From: Mantamonas sphyraenae STR306
Taxonomy: Eukaryota; Protista; CRuMs
Direction: 5' to 3'
Length of the DNA stretch: 64,000 nucleotides
Assembly: GCA_026936335.1 (NCBI GenBank)
Contig: JAPMXV010000034.1
Location: forward strand, 248,001 to 312,000
Under the pieces are notes generated by a model. It searched no databases and was not told the origin of the DNA. It saw only the letters and a program-made list of their open reading frames with translations. A program made the position numbers and the translations under genes. Shown here one piece after another: positions 33,780 through 48,315 of this stretch; the stretch's first letter is position 1, and each line of letters begins with the position of its first letter.

Positions 33780-36700
33780 TCACCTCTCCACATCCTTTTC
33801 ACGCGCAAACTGGGCCTCCCACACACTGTCAACATCCTTCTTGCGCTCCTTCAGCCGCAGGTGCATCTCGACGTCGCGCAAGGCCGGCGGAGGCGTGAGG
33901 TACTGCAGCACCACGGGGGCTATCACCACCGCTATCACAAAAGATAGGAACAGGGCAGTGCACACAATGATGATCACCATTTGCAGGTAGCCGCCGAGGA
34001 CGGGGATGAAAAACGCCAGGGAAAACGCCGTCCCAAAGCCATGAAAGACGCTGCCTCCCACGGCGGCAAAGGTCGCACGCAGACGCTGCTCCACCGAACC
34101 CGCAGTGGTGTTGAAGTGGTGCACCACGTGCGCAGTGTAGTCCACGCCAAACCCAAGCACAAAGGCGCCTACAAACACCATTTGCAGATTGACGTTGCGC
34201 AGCGGGTAGATGTCCAGCAGAGTGAATGTGCTCAGACATGTCACCCACATCGACAGGGTCACCAGGACCGACGACAGCGGGTTGATCAGGAAAACGGCAG
34301 AGGCCAGCGTGACCAGCAGGCCACCAACCAGGCCCGTCTCCAGCAGCAAATCTTCCAGCATGCGCGTGCTCTTTGCGTACGAAAGGTAGAATACAGCCAA
34401 GTCCACCAGGGACGCCTCTGGTTGCGTCAGGTGTTTGGCCAGGTACGCGCGCATCGCCGTGTCCAGCGTCAACGCTTCCTCGACGCGTTGGATCATTGGC
34501 GCGCGGAAGGAAAAGCGCGTAGTAAACAAATTGCCCGATTTGTCCCACATGATGTCCTTGCGCAGATGTTGGTACGCTGGCAGCGCCACAAACGCACGCA
34601 GCTGCTCCTCAAACAGACGCCGCGTGCGTGGCACAGAGCCATTGCTGTGCGCCACAAAGTCGCTGTACCAACACGTGGTCGCATTGTCCCACCCGTTGGC
34701 TACGAGTGGGGCCGATGCTTCCCGCAGCATGGTGCACACTCCCATCAGCCGAGTCTGCACACTCTCATCCCAGTACGCTACACCCGACTTCACCATCAAA
34801 AAGCCATCCTGACCCGTCGTGTTGACAAACATGGCGTTGAAGCGGCTCTGGTGCGGCAGCAGTGCCTCTCCTGGCTCTGTGCGGATGTCCCGCGACTTGA
34901 TGATACGCGCGTGGTAGTCGGTGAGCCCGTACGAACTCACCCCCAGCAGCACGAGCAAAATCACCAAAACCACACCGTGGCACCCCTTGTGTAGAAGCAA
35001 GTCCACGTACTTTGTTGCAAAGAAGCGCGACAGGCACGACGAGTCGTGGTCCAGCAGCGCGTCGTCGGCAACAATCCACTCCGCCGTGCGGTTCGAGCCT
35101 TGAGACCGCGCCGAATCGCGCGACGAAGTCAATCTGGGTGAGACGAGCTTGAAAGCAGGAGGCGAACTGACTTGAATGGCCACTTTGCTGGGCGTGCTGG
35201 GTGACTCTGCCCCTGCACGAGTCATCGTCTGGAGCTCTGTCCCAGGCGACTTTGAGTGCATGGCCGACACATCCGTGCTCTCTGTGCGCGTGGGCAGTCT
35301 GGAAGGCACGTGGAATCCTTGCTGCTCCGGTGTTTGGTCGCCTGCCAAAGTGGCGTCGTCGTCGTGTGTGTCCAGCACGTTCTTGGTGCGTTTCTCGCAT
35401 GTCAGCGCCTGGGAGACCGGCGCAGGGCAGCACAGACCCAAGCAGTAGCGCCCCTGAGCCGAGAGATGCAGGTCGATGGACAGACACGCAGTCACCAGAC
35501 ACATTTGCATGAGAAAGTCGATACACAGCGCCAGTGACACAAACATGGCCAGATTGCGTGGGCCTTCTGCTGCTGAGCCAATCATGCCGTAACCAAACAC
35601 AATGATGTCGGTGAGCGTCGTCATGAGGATGGCTGTACCGGCCTCGCCCAATCCTTCGGCGAGGCGACGTGTCGGGTTCGCATGGGTCACTCGCGCCACG
35701 CTGCTGGTGATGATGAAGATGTCGTCCACGCCAATGGCCAGCACGACCCCCGCTCCAATTTGCAGCAACGCCTGTGTGAGCAGGCCCAACCCTGTGAGAA
35801 TGCCCAAGGCGCAGGCAATGGCCAACACCGCGTTCACCGCCCCGAGCAGCAGCACCGTCACGTTTCCGTTCAGGTTGCGCTTGAACCCGGCCACTGTGAG
35901 GTAGAGCAGCATAAGCACGAACCAAACCCCGAGTACGGCGACGCCCACGCTGTCCAGGATGATGGCTCGCTCGCAGCCGCCAATCGCCACCAAGTCACCA
36001 GACGTCTCTGTGGTCGCACGGTGGTGCGCAATGCACAGAGCACTCCGTGTCCTGTCCGAATCTCTGTACGGATCCACCTGGATGATCTGTGGGCGCACAA
36101 CAAAGCGGAGTCAGTCGCCAGAGCGCGGGGTAGTGTGATGAAATGCCACCGCAGCAAAAACTCAAAACTCACCGGCGCAAACTCGTACACAGCCCTCCAG
36201 TACGCAACGGAGGCCAGTGACCCGTCGGCGTCGTATGTAATCCCGCCGGCGATAGCATCGAGCGGGACCCAAGTGCCCCCGTTGACGGCAGCCAGGAAAA
36301 TTTTGCCTGCGGAAGTGTGTTTGCGCACGGTGGCCAGTGGGTCTGGGTCGGAGGCCATGGCCGAATTGTTGGGCCACACCTGCAACACAGAGCGCACGAG
36401 ACAGGGCTCGGATGCAGCGGGCGGGCTTTGGCCCTGGCCGGTGGGTCCCAGCACGAGGTTGCGGACCAGGAACTGTGGGAGACAAATCGAACGAAGGTCA
36501 AAAACATCGCCTTCGTCTTCGGCCTGCATGGCCCACAGACGTGTATCTGTTTTGGCCAACAACGCCAAGCCCTGTTTGGTAAACACATTTCCCTTGCGAA
36601 GCGCAGGGTCGGCCATGTTGGCCTTGTCCGTCACCAGCGTTTCCAGAACTTCGCCGACGCCAAACGTCTTCAGGTTGTGGATCGTCGCCGTCTCTGTGGG

Positions 36701-36952
36701 GCTGACAATCAACGGCAGCTCAGAATAATCAAAGGAGAGGTTGGAAAGGAAGAACATGGGCAGGGAAACAACCAGCAGCGAGGCACAGATCCACCGCCAC
36801 GGATGTTTGCTCACCCGGACTGCGTGGTTGTGGAATGATGAGTGGACCACCAAATCCACCATCAGCCCTATCCGCATCCATGGCTTGGCTCGCCGTGCAA
36901 TCAGGCGCTTCACCTGCTGGGATTGGCCCGAGGATTGGCCCGTGCTTTGCAT
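33780..36952 (-). CDS. Patched-related / NPC1-like sterol-sensing-domain RND transporter, copy B (tandem paralogue, 2 exons)
   Basis: Same motifs as copy A, with an intron at the homologous position (36172-36087). Confidence 0.9.
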
Positions 36953-37107
36953 CGAGAATGGGGGAAGGTTGCCTCAGGGTCCGCGTTCCAAGTCCGCTCT
37001 CATCAACACACACAAGACCTCCTGTCCACAAACACGCTGGCCAACACACGGTCGATGTATTCATGGGTGATGCGATCGCATTTTCCCGCTTTCCGCTTTC
37101 TTCCCTC

Positions 37108-39476
37108 TCACAACGCATTCAGGTTTGGCACAGACGGCATGATCTTCTGCTTCACCTGCTCGATCACGTGTGTGCGAATGTTGTTGAGACCCATGTCTGC
37201 GTTGCGCGGGTCAAAGTGTCCGGTCTGGTTTTGCAGCTTGTGCTCGACCCACGGAATGATGTCGGTGACCACCAGCTGCACCACCTTGGTCCACTGCGTC
37301 TTGTATGTCTTGTGCATCCGCGGATACGCCACCTGCAGCATGTCCGCCAGCATCACCACCATGTGACCGTTCACAATGTCCAAGTTCAGGTACCCTGCCA
37401 CCCATTGCCACAGCGTGCCGTGGTTAACCTTCTGCACGCCACTCACTGTCCTCGCGTCACGCGTTCTCGGTCTGTGTCAGCATCACACCCTCGTTCGTCC
37501 TCCCTCGCCCTCGCTCCATCAACTCCACCCATCCACAACTTACGCTCTCCACTCTGCAGGAACACGCCGTACAGTCGCATGATCCCCGTCATGCGGTTCT
37601 GCCAGCTTTCCTCGTCTTCCAGCTGCCCGTTGCTGTTCTTTGTGTACCCAATGCTCTTGAAATACTCGGCTGCATATCCCTCCTCCTCCAGACGGCTGGC
37701 GTCAGGCTGTTTGATCATCGGCACCGTGTACATGCACTTCGCGTGGAACTTGCTCAGCGCAAAAATCGCAAACTCCTCGTGCAGCTTGCACACATGGGCC
37801 ATCGAATTACCAAATGGCCCAGCAGACGCAATGTTCACCTGGGCCTTCTCAGACCCTGTCTTAATGTACCAATGGGCCGCCTTGTCCATGTACCAGTAGT
37901 ATTCCGCTGTCTTTTCCTCCGCCAACAGCTCCTCCAGATCCGCCACCACCTGTTCAGCCTTCATCTTCGCCGACCCCTCCTCTGCGTTGATTTGGCTCAC
38001 GGGTTTCTTTGCTTTCAGCGACAGTTGCTTCTTTGTGTTTGCGTCCAGCAACTGCGTGGCCAGCTCCAGTCGTTCCTTGGCGTGCGTGCGCACCTCGGTG
38101 TACTGCGCGTACGCCAACCTGGAGCACGACGCATCCGTCGGCGTCTTCCACTTCGTGTTGGCCTCTTCCAGCAGGTGCTTCATCTTGCTGGCCTGTTCCT
38201 GCCTCGCCTTGTCTGCTGCCTGCTTGCGAGCTTCCAAAGCCTCCCGTTCCTTCCGCTCCCGCTCCTTTTCGGCCATTTCCCGCTCATGTTCCTTGCGCAG
38301 CTCTTCCATGAAAGCACTCAGCCGCTTCAGCTGCGCCTGGTACGCCGTCTTGGTTTGTTCCACCTTGTTAAACACGGCCTCCTGTTCCTTGGCCATCGCC
38401 GCCTGCTCCCTCTCGATCTCCTTCTGCACATGTGCCGTACGGTCCACCAGCACACGCGACCTTTCCGCCAGATAGGCCATCTGCTTGCTCTGCATGGACT
38501 CCTGCATTGTCGTCTGCGCCTCCACACCGTCCCGGAACGGCGACAGCGACGCCAGACCGCTCTCTGCCATCACCCGCTGCCGTATCGTCCGTGCCAACCT
38601 CTGCCGTGCTTCCCACTCGCTCGATCGCATCGATGGAATCGGACTGCTCTTGTTGGCCGGTCCCCTGTCCCGTCGTCGTGCAGCAACATGCGCACCCGCG
38701 TTTTCCTTCCCGTCGTCCATTGTCTCCCTGCTGTCCTCTGCATCCCTGTCCAACGCCGCCTGCGTGTCTCCTTCACTTCCGTCCCAATCCATGAGCGACT
38801 CCATGGACCCGTGTTCAAACAGCTCCAGGCTGCCGTCCACCACCAGCGCGCGATCTTTCAACGACACACGCACCCGCTCCTGCTGTTGCTGGCCGTCCTG
38901 CATCAGCACATCCACCTCCTGGTGGCTGGCGGGCGTTTGCCACCCTTCTGTGTCCATTCCACTACCCAGAGTCGACACGTACGGTGACTTTGGCCGCATG
39001 GGAGACGTCATCAGCAGTTCCGCGCGCTCGGCTGAGAGCGCACTCTCCGCCTCCTCCGCGTCCATTGCGGACCCATCCGCTTCCCGCGACTCGTCGTACG
39101 ACCCCGGCCGTTGTTCTTTCGGCACTCTCTCCTCTTCCGCAACTTCCGCCATGGCTTGCTGCTCCAGGTGCCAACGAAAGGCAAGCAGCACCACACACGA
39201 CGCAACGACCAGCGTCCCTCGTTGCTCCGGCCACAGCCACAGCAGCAGCAACAACATCACAGGCACCACCATGGGCACCGTACTGTACATCAGTCCCATC
39301 CATGTTCCTTCCTCCTCACTCTCTTGCTTGCCCTCATGCGCGGCCGTCTCGTCTTCCGTCCCCCGAGGCAGCTCCAGCTCCCGCTCGTCCGCGTCCACGT
39401 ACGCAGGCCTGGCAGGTGGCGGAGGCACAAATTCGGCTCCTCGAGGTCGTGTGGGCCGTGCAGAGAGCACAGGCAT
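37108..39476 (-). CDS. GLE1: mRNA export factor GLE1-like protein with a coiled coil and an N-terminal hydrophobic hairpin (2 exons)
   Basis: KFHAKCMYTVP, EYFKSIGY...EDEESWQNRMTGIMRLY and LWQWVAGYLN...YKTQWTKVV fit the Gle1 C-terminal domain. Intron 37543-37446. Confidence 0.82.
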
Positions 39477-39558
39477 GGAACCACGCAGCGGCGAGGCCCC
39501 AGGCGTCACCCCGCGCAGAGGCAAGCCGCGGTGGTGCGGCAACGCTTTTGTGCCACTC

Positions 39559-42500
39559 ATGCAAACGGACCACGAATTGTTGCTTGCGGCGGAGCGGCAG
39601 ACCACTCTCCAAGTGGACAAGGGTAGGTCCCAGCAGCCCAGTTTCAGGGTGCACCTTGCCCATCTCCATGCCCACGCCCGGTCCAACCTCTGTCTACCGC
39701 GTCCCGTGCTCACCTCCGCCCCCCAACCCCAACCCCCCTTGCGTGCCCTCTTGAGAGCAGATCTGCAGCTCAGTTTGGAAACAGTCCGTCGTTTGTGTGA
39801 TGTGCTCCATCACAATCGCTTCCTGGCCAACCTGGACCTTCGCGGTGAGTGTGTCCCCCCGTCCAATCCACAACCCGGCACCGCACACTGCGTCACCGCC
39901 CCCTTCGCCCGTACAAACACACTCTTTGGCCTTGACCACCCCTTTTGGGACTGTGAATCCGCACGCCGTCTCATGAAAGCTGCCCATCGTCCGCTGTCGG
40001 CAACCGCTCACACACTTTCCTTTCTCGTCATTGCCTCGCCACACCTTGCCGCCAAACCAAACAGCCTCCACGCTGGACCACACGGCCATGGAGTTGCTGG
40101 ACCCCGTGTTTCGATCCAGCCGCAGACTCATCACCCTCGACTTGTCCGACAACAGCCTAGGCAGTGCCGGCGCCGCCGTCCTTGCCGCCTGCCTCCCAGC
40201 TTCTCTCGTTTCGCTCAAACTCTGCGCCAACGCCATCCAGGACGACGGCGCCACCCTGTTGCTACGTGCCATTGCCTCCCATGCCAAGCTCAACTACCTC
40301 GACATCAGTCTCAACCAGCTCGCCGATGCCGTGGACGCCCTGCAGGACGTCCTGGACAATTGCACCACCCTGACCACCCTCATGCTCAGCAACACCGGCT
40401 TGACCTCCGACCACGAGCAAACCCTGGGTACGGCCGTGGCTGGCAACCAAACCCTCCAATTCCTCGATGTCTCCAGCAACACGCTGAGCGGCACCGACTG
40501 GCTCGACGCCCTGGCCGCACGCTCCTTCCAGCTTCACCTCAATTGCCGCTCCAACGCATTCGACACCGATGCCTTGCGTCGCATCAACTCCCTCTGCGAC
40601 GATCGACTGTCTCACCACGTGATCGATGTCGACCCCGTGCCCCAGGGTGGTGTCGGCGCAGGTGCGGTGGGGGGAAGCGGCTCTCCCTTCTCCTCCTCGA
40701 TTGCATCCTCGTCCACCAGTCTACGTCCAGTCAACAAACGCACACGGGCTTCGCTTGGGGACCTCCGCCTGTCGTCTGTCCAATCTGCAGCCAAGAACGA
40801 CGCGGACTCCGGCTCATCTTCGTCCTTGTCGGACGCAAAGCAGAAACGAAGCAAGGGCAAGCGACAGAGCCAATACGGCATCCACGTGCCCAAGCGCTGG
40901 TCTCAGCGATCCACGGTGGTCCTGCTTGACAATTTGGACGACCAGGCGCTGGACAACTCACTGGTTTCCGTCGAAGACAATGGCGATGACTGGAGCAGCG
41001 ACTCCTCGTCCAGCGACGACGAGTCGGACGGCGAAGACGCAGCCTACACCGCCAACGATACCAATGGTTCGGGGCTGCATTTGGCCGGGAGCAGCAACGA
41101 CATCTCGCCACGCTTTCACCACCACCACCATCACCACAGCCACCACAGCCACCACAGTCACAATCCCCACATCAACTACACACACGGGCAAACTCAATCG
41201 TCGTCTTCGTCCTCCAACACGACAGACATGTCGCCACTTGGATCGCCAACCGGCTCGCCAGCTTCGTCGCCACCCACGAGCTCGCCGGTCCTCAGTGCGC
41301 GCTCCCGAGGCATGAGCACGAGTGGAACCCCCTTTCGTTTACTCACCAGACCCACACGAACAACGTCAACCAGCAGCGTTCATGTGGACCTCGTCGACAG
41401 TGCAGCACGCCACAGCAACGCCTCCTCGCCGCTTCGTGCCCGTTCGCCCACTCTCGACGATGTGGTTTCCTCTGCAGATGCCCTTGTGCTTGCAAACACA
41501 CCGCTTCGCACCCTGTCCATTTCTTCTGTCTCTTCCGGCATGCAGATGCGCCAGTACGCCCTACGCGGCATCCGAGAAGACGACGGCGACAGCTCCGATC
41601 GTTCCCTTGCCCAACGTGCCGCTTCCAACGTTTCATCGCGTCGTATGTCCATCACGTCGCTCAACAACCATGACTTGTTCACGCCTGCGGTGCCTCCGGT
41701 CACGCCCAGCTCAAAGAAGAGCATGCGCATGGTGCGCCAGCAATCGTTGAAACTGTTGATCGAAGCCATGAGCAACGCCGCAGACGAGCAACGTGACGAC
41801 ACAACCGCCTCTGGCACTGAGGAAACGGTCGCGGATGCTGTCGAAGGGGGTGCAGATGTGTTCTTCACACCACGCTTTGAAAAGTACTTTGGATTCCAGG
41901 AGACACATGACGAACTGCGCTTGTGCATGGGCTCGCATGGCACGCCGTTGGTGCGTGCTGGCACCGTGCGCAAGTTGGTGGAGCGGGCATTCTTCCCGCC
42001 TGTGCCAGATCCCGAGTACCAGGCCATCTTTTTCCTGATGCACACCACGTTTGTGGATACGTCAGACATGTTGGACATTGTGCAAGAGCTTTTGCAAGAG
42101 CACAGCATTGGCACCTCGCAGGCGTCGGATTCCCTGTACCGACGCATGGTGGCAGCCATGCGCCTGTGGATTGACACGTGCATCCTCGACTTTTTGCAGC
42201 AGCCGATGCTCTGCGACATTCTCCACACCTTTCTCGTGGACTCGGACATACTCTTGGACGACGACAAGAACACGCTGTGCAGCCAGCTGGACGCAGGCAT
42301 CGAAAGCACAGCAGGCATGTTTGAGCTGGACGATCTGGGCATGAGTGCCAACAACCAGTCCGTCGTGTGGGGCCTGTTGACACCCAGCAAGCCTGTTGGT
42401 GTGTGGAACATCGATCCTGTCGAGATGGCTCGCCAGCTTACGCTGCTGGAGGAGCAGAATAGCGTGCGTGTCACGGCAGAGGATTTGCGCTGGTTTGCTG

Positions 42501-43246
42501 AAAAGTCTGGCAAGCTCGACAAGCCGCAGGGGTCCATGGCCGGCGCTTTGGACATGTCCACGTCTTCCTCTTCGTCGTCGGGCTCATCCTCAGGCGGTAC
42601 AAACCTGGACGAGACGCTTGGGGACGACGCGGAATATTCGCGCGGGCACTCCATCCATGTCATGGTGGAAACATTCAACGTGGTCAGTCTCACAGTGGCC
42701 AAACTGTGTGTGAGTGCCAAGACACGTCGTGAGCGCACCAAAACCATCGCCTACTTCCTCAAGGTGGCACGCGAAACGCTGAGGTTGGGCAACTTTAGCA
42801 GCACCTGGGCCATCATGACCGGCCTGTCCACCACCCCCGTGTACCGCATGACCAAGGCTTGGAAACATCTGAGCGACAACAAGAGTGCTCTGTTTATGCG
42901 TCTGCAGCGCATGATGAGTCCCGAGGCAAACTACAGCGAATACCGCTATACTTTATTGAACACGCGTCCGCCGTGCCTGCCCTATCTGGGCCTCGTGCTT
43001 GCCGACCTCATTCACGCCCACGAGGGCTCGTCCACATCGGTGGTGCCCGATGGCATGATCAACTTCCAGCGCAAACGTAGCATCGCTCACGTCATCAGCA
43101 ACTTTATCAGCTTCTCCTGGGTGCGCTATGAGCACACCATTGCCGCCGCTCCCCTTGTGCAGGCGTATCTGCGCGAATGGACATATCACGACGAGGAAGA
43201 ATTGTATGCATTGAGTTTGAAAGCAGAGCCGCGGAAGAAGAGGTGA
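39559..43246 (+). CDS. LRR (RNI-like) + RasGEF_N + CDC25 RasGEF protein (3 exons)
   Basis: LDLSDNSLG-type repeats, VRAGTVRKLVE, DPVEMARQLTL, LGNFSSTWAIMTGL, PPCLPYLGLVLADL and INFQRKR. Introns 39623-39760 and 39845-40064. Confidence 0.92.
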
Positions 43247-43272
43247 CCAAATGGATTGCTATTTGCCCCGCG

Positions 43273-45638
43273 TCAATCCCGCTCACCTTCCGTCACATCG
43301 TCACCTTGTCCCTCCACTTGATCCACCCAGTGTACCCTGCTCTCGGTGCGTGGCTTGTCTGGGACCGTTTGCGGCCGCAACGGGCCAAGCACCTTGTTTC
43401 GTCCACCGATGCCCACAATGGTCAGCATCGAGTCCAAGCCGGGGTCGTCGTACACCGCACCATCTGTTCCTCCGATCCCGCTGATGTCCATGCCGGAGGA
43501 GTCGTCCACCACCCCTTGGGCCCGCCTCGGAACGCCGCTCAGAGCCGACGACCCGCCCACGGACCCTTTTGCACGCACACCGCCTCGCGATTCGCCACGT
43601 GTGGACGACGTGCGTTTGCGCCGTGCATTTGCACTCGGAGTGGTCGATCGTCGCCCCGCCACGAGAAGCACTCCTGCCTCATCATCCACGTCGACAAGGG
43701 ACGCGCCGCGGACTGTCTCTCCACCGCCCGCCACCGCCCCCTTTTTCTTCTTGCGACCCTTTCGCTTTCCTTTCACACCCGATGCATTGTTGATGCTCTG
43801 ACGCGAACCCAGGATGGGTGACATTGCACGCAGGCCGTACTTGGACGACTTGACCGTTGTCGACGTCGTGCTTGGCCTACCCAGCATCCTGTGGCTGTTG
43901 CTGCTTCCGTGGTTACTATTGCTGCTACTGTTGCTGCTGCTACTGTTGCCATTGTCCTGCCCAGCGCTCCCCGTCCTGCTTCCGCCAATGGCGCCACTGT
44001 CGGCACGCCGCCCATACGTCGTCAACGTGATTGGATACGACGACTCGCCACCACCTCCCATGGGCCCTTCTCCGTTTCTTCCTCCCCTGGGCATCTCCAA
44101 TGCAGCCGCAGAGACGGCAAATGGCGCGTCGGAATGGTTTTGCACCGTGACTCCTTGCGACATCTTGCCATCGCGCGTGCCTGCTGCCGTTCCTAGCCGC
44201 CTGTATCGATTCAACGAGCGCGTGGAAACACTCGCACTGCTTGTCACGGGTCTCTTTACCCCGTTGTGGGGCTCGTGTTCCCCACCCTTCCCAACCTGCT
44301 CCCAAACCGCGCCCCGACATCCATGTCGCCAGCCGTGTCTCCGAAATTCAGTGCCCCGCGTGTGTTTCGGGTGCCCCTCAATGCTGTGAGCACCGCCGTG
44401 TGATGAACCTCAAACAGCACGTCGTCGTCGCCTGGCACGGAGGAGCCAAACATTGGCGCCGGGCCCATCAGCGCATTGCTTGAGGCCGTTGTGCCTGCCA
44501 CACTGCTGCTGCGTCCGACACTTGACCGCCCTCCACTCTCTGTGCTCATCCGGCTTGGCCCGCGTGTGCCGTGCGTAAACGGGGAGCCGCCGCCGACGGA
44601 CGATCGACCAGCGATGCTCAGGCCGTCCAACGCCACATACGACGTCTTGCTCATCATGGGCCGTAGGTACTGCACCAGAGCCTTCCATGTGACCTGCCAC
44701 ACCTTGTGCATGATTTCGTCATGCACATGTGCCCGTGGGCTGAGCGGCGCAAACCCTGCTCGACGCCGACGCACAACCGCTCTTTCCAACTGCTTTTCTT
44801 CGGCCACCCGCACTGCATGCGTTCCCTCTGACGACTCTGCCGTATCCACAGCCAATATCTCTGTGAAATCTCCGTGTGTGGCAAACACCTCTTCGTGCAA
44901 ATGGGCTTCCTCCTCCCCGTTGGCATGGCTGTTTCTCGTGTGGTGAAAACGGCGTCAGCGATTCGTTCCCACCCGGCGGTGCCATGGCACACATGCCCCA
45001 ACTTACACCACTGCGGCCACCCCCGTGGCTTCAAGTCCCTTTTGCCCGCCCGTGCCAATCTCAATCACAGCGCTGGTCTCCTCGCTAATGCTCCCGTGGC
45101 CGCTGCTGCTTCCCGCACCTTCGCTCTTCGGCAGACAATGCTCCACTGCCGGCCGCGCCTCCTGCAGAGCTGTCCCGTTCACACGCAAATGTACAAAGTG
45201 CTTCTGCCAGCAGCGCAGTTCGTCTTCCAACGAGTTTTCCCCAATGACAGGCCCATAGTTGCGCGACGACGGCGTGGGCTCAAACTGCAGCTCGTCCGTT
45301 TCGTGGTACGAAAACTCCACCAGATTGGCCAACATGGCTGCCACCTCCTCTGTCGCTTCCTCGTCAAACTCCAGATCGAATGCACTCGAGTCCAGCGTGC
45401 TCGGGGCAAAATCATCGTGCTCGCCAGCCATGGAAAACTCCCATGGAGAGCCCGCCCTCCCACCACCATCCGTCGCCATCACGGTTTTGCTTCGTTTGCC
45501 TTGCCTTGCGCGCTTGTCCATGTCTTTGGGTGGCCATGGACAGCACGCCATCTCCCCGTCTTCTTCTGCACTCTCCACCACACTGCCGAGTGATTCCACC
45601 TGCTCCACCTGCTCCGTGTCTGTGTTGACACGTGACAT
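43273..45638 (-). CDS. FAM149: FAM149-like (DUF3719) ciliary protein with a long disordered tail
   Basis: EFDEEATEEV, WQKHFVHLRVNG, EEVFATHG..EILAVD and GFAPLSP...VW match remembered FAM149 blocks. Intron 45006-44929, plus a second frame junction near 44240-44295. Confidence 0.7.
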
Positions 45639-45693
45639 CGACACGTGGGCGCATCCTCGGCCACACCATTGCTCTTAGCGCGTCCGTCTGGTC

Positions 45694-46644
45694 ATGGACG
45701 ACATTCTCAAGTCCATCTTTGATACGGATACGTCCGATGTCAACTCGTACTCCTCACAGCGTAAGCGCTTGTCTCACATCGACAGCGTGAGCCGCGACCA
45801 GCTCTCGGCTGCCTTGGAGCTGCTGGCCAACTCCACCACGAGCAGCACCACATCGTCCAACGACACCCAGAGCTCCTCCTCCTCCTCCTCCTCCACCACC
45901 ACCACCACTTCCAACAACTCTGTCGGCGGCGACGACGCTCACCCTTTGTACACACAGTTGTCGTTGGCGTCGACCATTCCCGACCTGAGCGAAATCTCCT
46001 CCAAACTTGCCAGCAACGAGCCCATCCTGATTGGACCGACTGTGTTTTCGCCGTACGGCAAGGACAGTGTGGGCACATGTGCCGGCTGCAAGAAGGACAT
46101 CTACTACGACGTCCTGCTGGCGTCCGGCACCGGTGGAGACGTAAAGTTCCACCGAGCCTGCTTTGTCTGCTCCGTGTGTGGCGTCTCTGTGGTGTCCAGC
46201 CATGCCATCGAGGGCGGCCGTCTGTACTGTGTCCAACACTACGCTGGCACCCAGCAACAGGACTGCGCAGCCTGCAACGAACCCATCCAGGACGGTGCTG
46301 TGTCTGCCCTGGGGTCCCACTTTCACAAGCGCTGTTTTGTCTGCTCTGCAGGCTGCGGCACCGCGTTGTGGAACACAGACTTTGTTCAGGGTGACGATGG
46401 CCCATTGTGCCAATCGTGCTTCCTCAACACGCAGGCCAAGGGTGCAGGCGACAACGCGGGCGCCGAACTTTGCGCCGGGTGTGGCAGAGAGGCCAATCCC
46501 ATGACGGACACCATTCTTATTGGAGGCAACCGCAAATTCCACCAGGCCTGCTTTGGCTGTGTGCACTGCTCGGCCAAGTTCAAGAACAACGTGTACTACG
46601 TCAGCGACGCGGGACCCGCGTGCAAGAGCTGCGCCACAAAGTGA
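45694..46644 (+). CDS. Three-LIM-domain, paxillin-like protein
   Basis: Three CxxC...HxxCFxCxxC...CxxH/C units and an N-terminal LD-like MDDILKSIFD. Confidence 0.88.
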   Translation: MDDILKSIFDTDTSDVNSYSSQRKRLSHIDSVSRDQLSAALELLANSTTSSTTSSNDTQSSSSSSSSTTTTTSNNSVGGDDAHPLYTQLSLASTIPDLSEISSKLASNEPILIGPTVFSPYGKDSVGTCAGCKKDIYYDVLLASGTGGDVKFHRACFVCSVCGVSVVSSHAIEGGRLYCVQHYAGTQQQDCAACNEPIQDGAVSALGSHFHKRCFVCSAGCGTALWNTDFVQGDDGPLCQSCFLNTQAKGAGDNAGAELCAGCGREANPMTDTILIGGNRKFHQACFGCVHCSAKFKNNVYYVSDAGPACKSCATK

Positions 46645-46772
46645 GCCTGTGATTGACACACACGGGACAGACACAGGACAGAGGGAGACATGACATGAGA
46701 TGGTGGTGTGGAGAGAGGTGGAGAGGGGTCAAAAGTCAAATGTGTGCTTGTTGAAATGATGGCCGAATCGAT

Positions 46773-48315
<1,543 letters not shown>

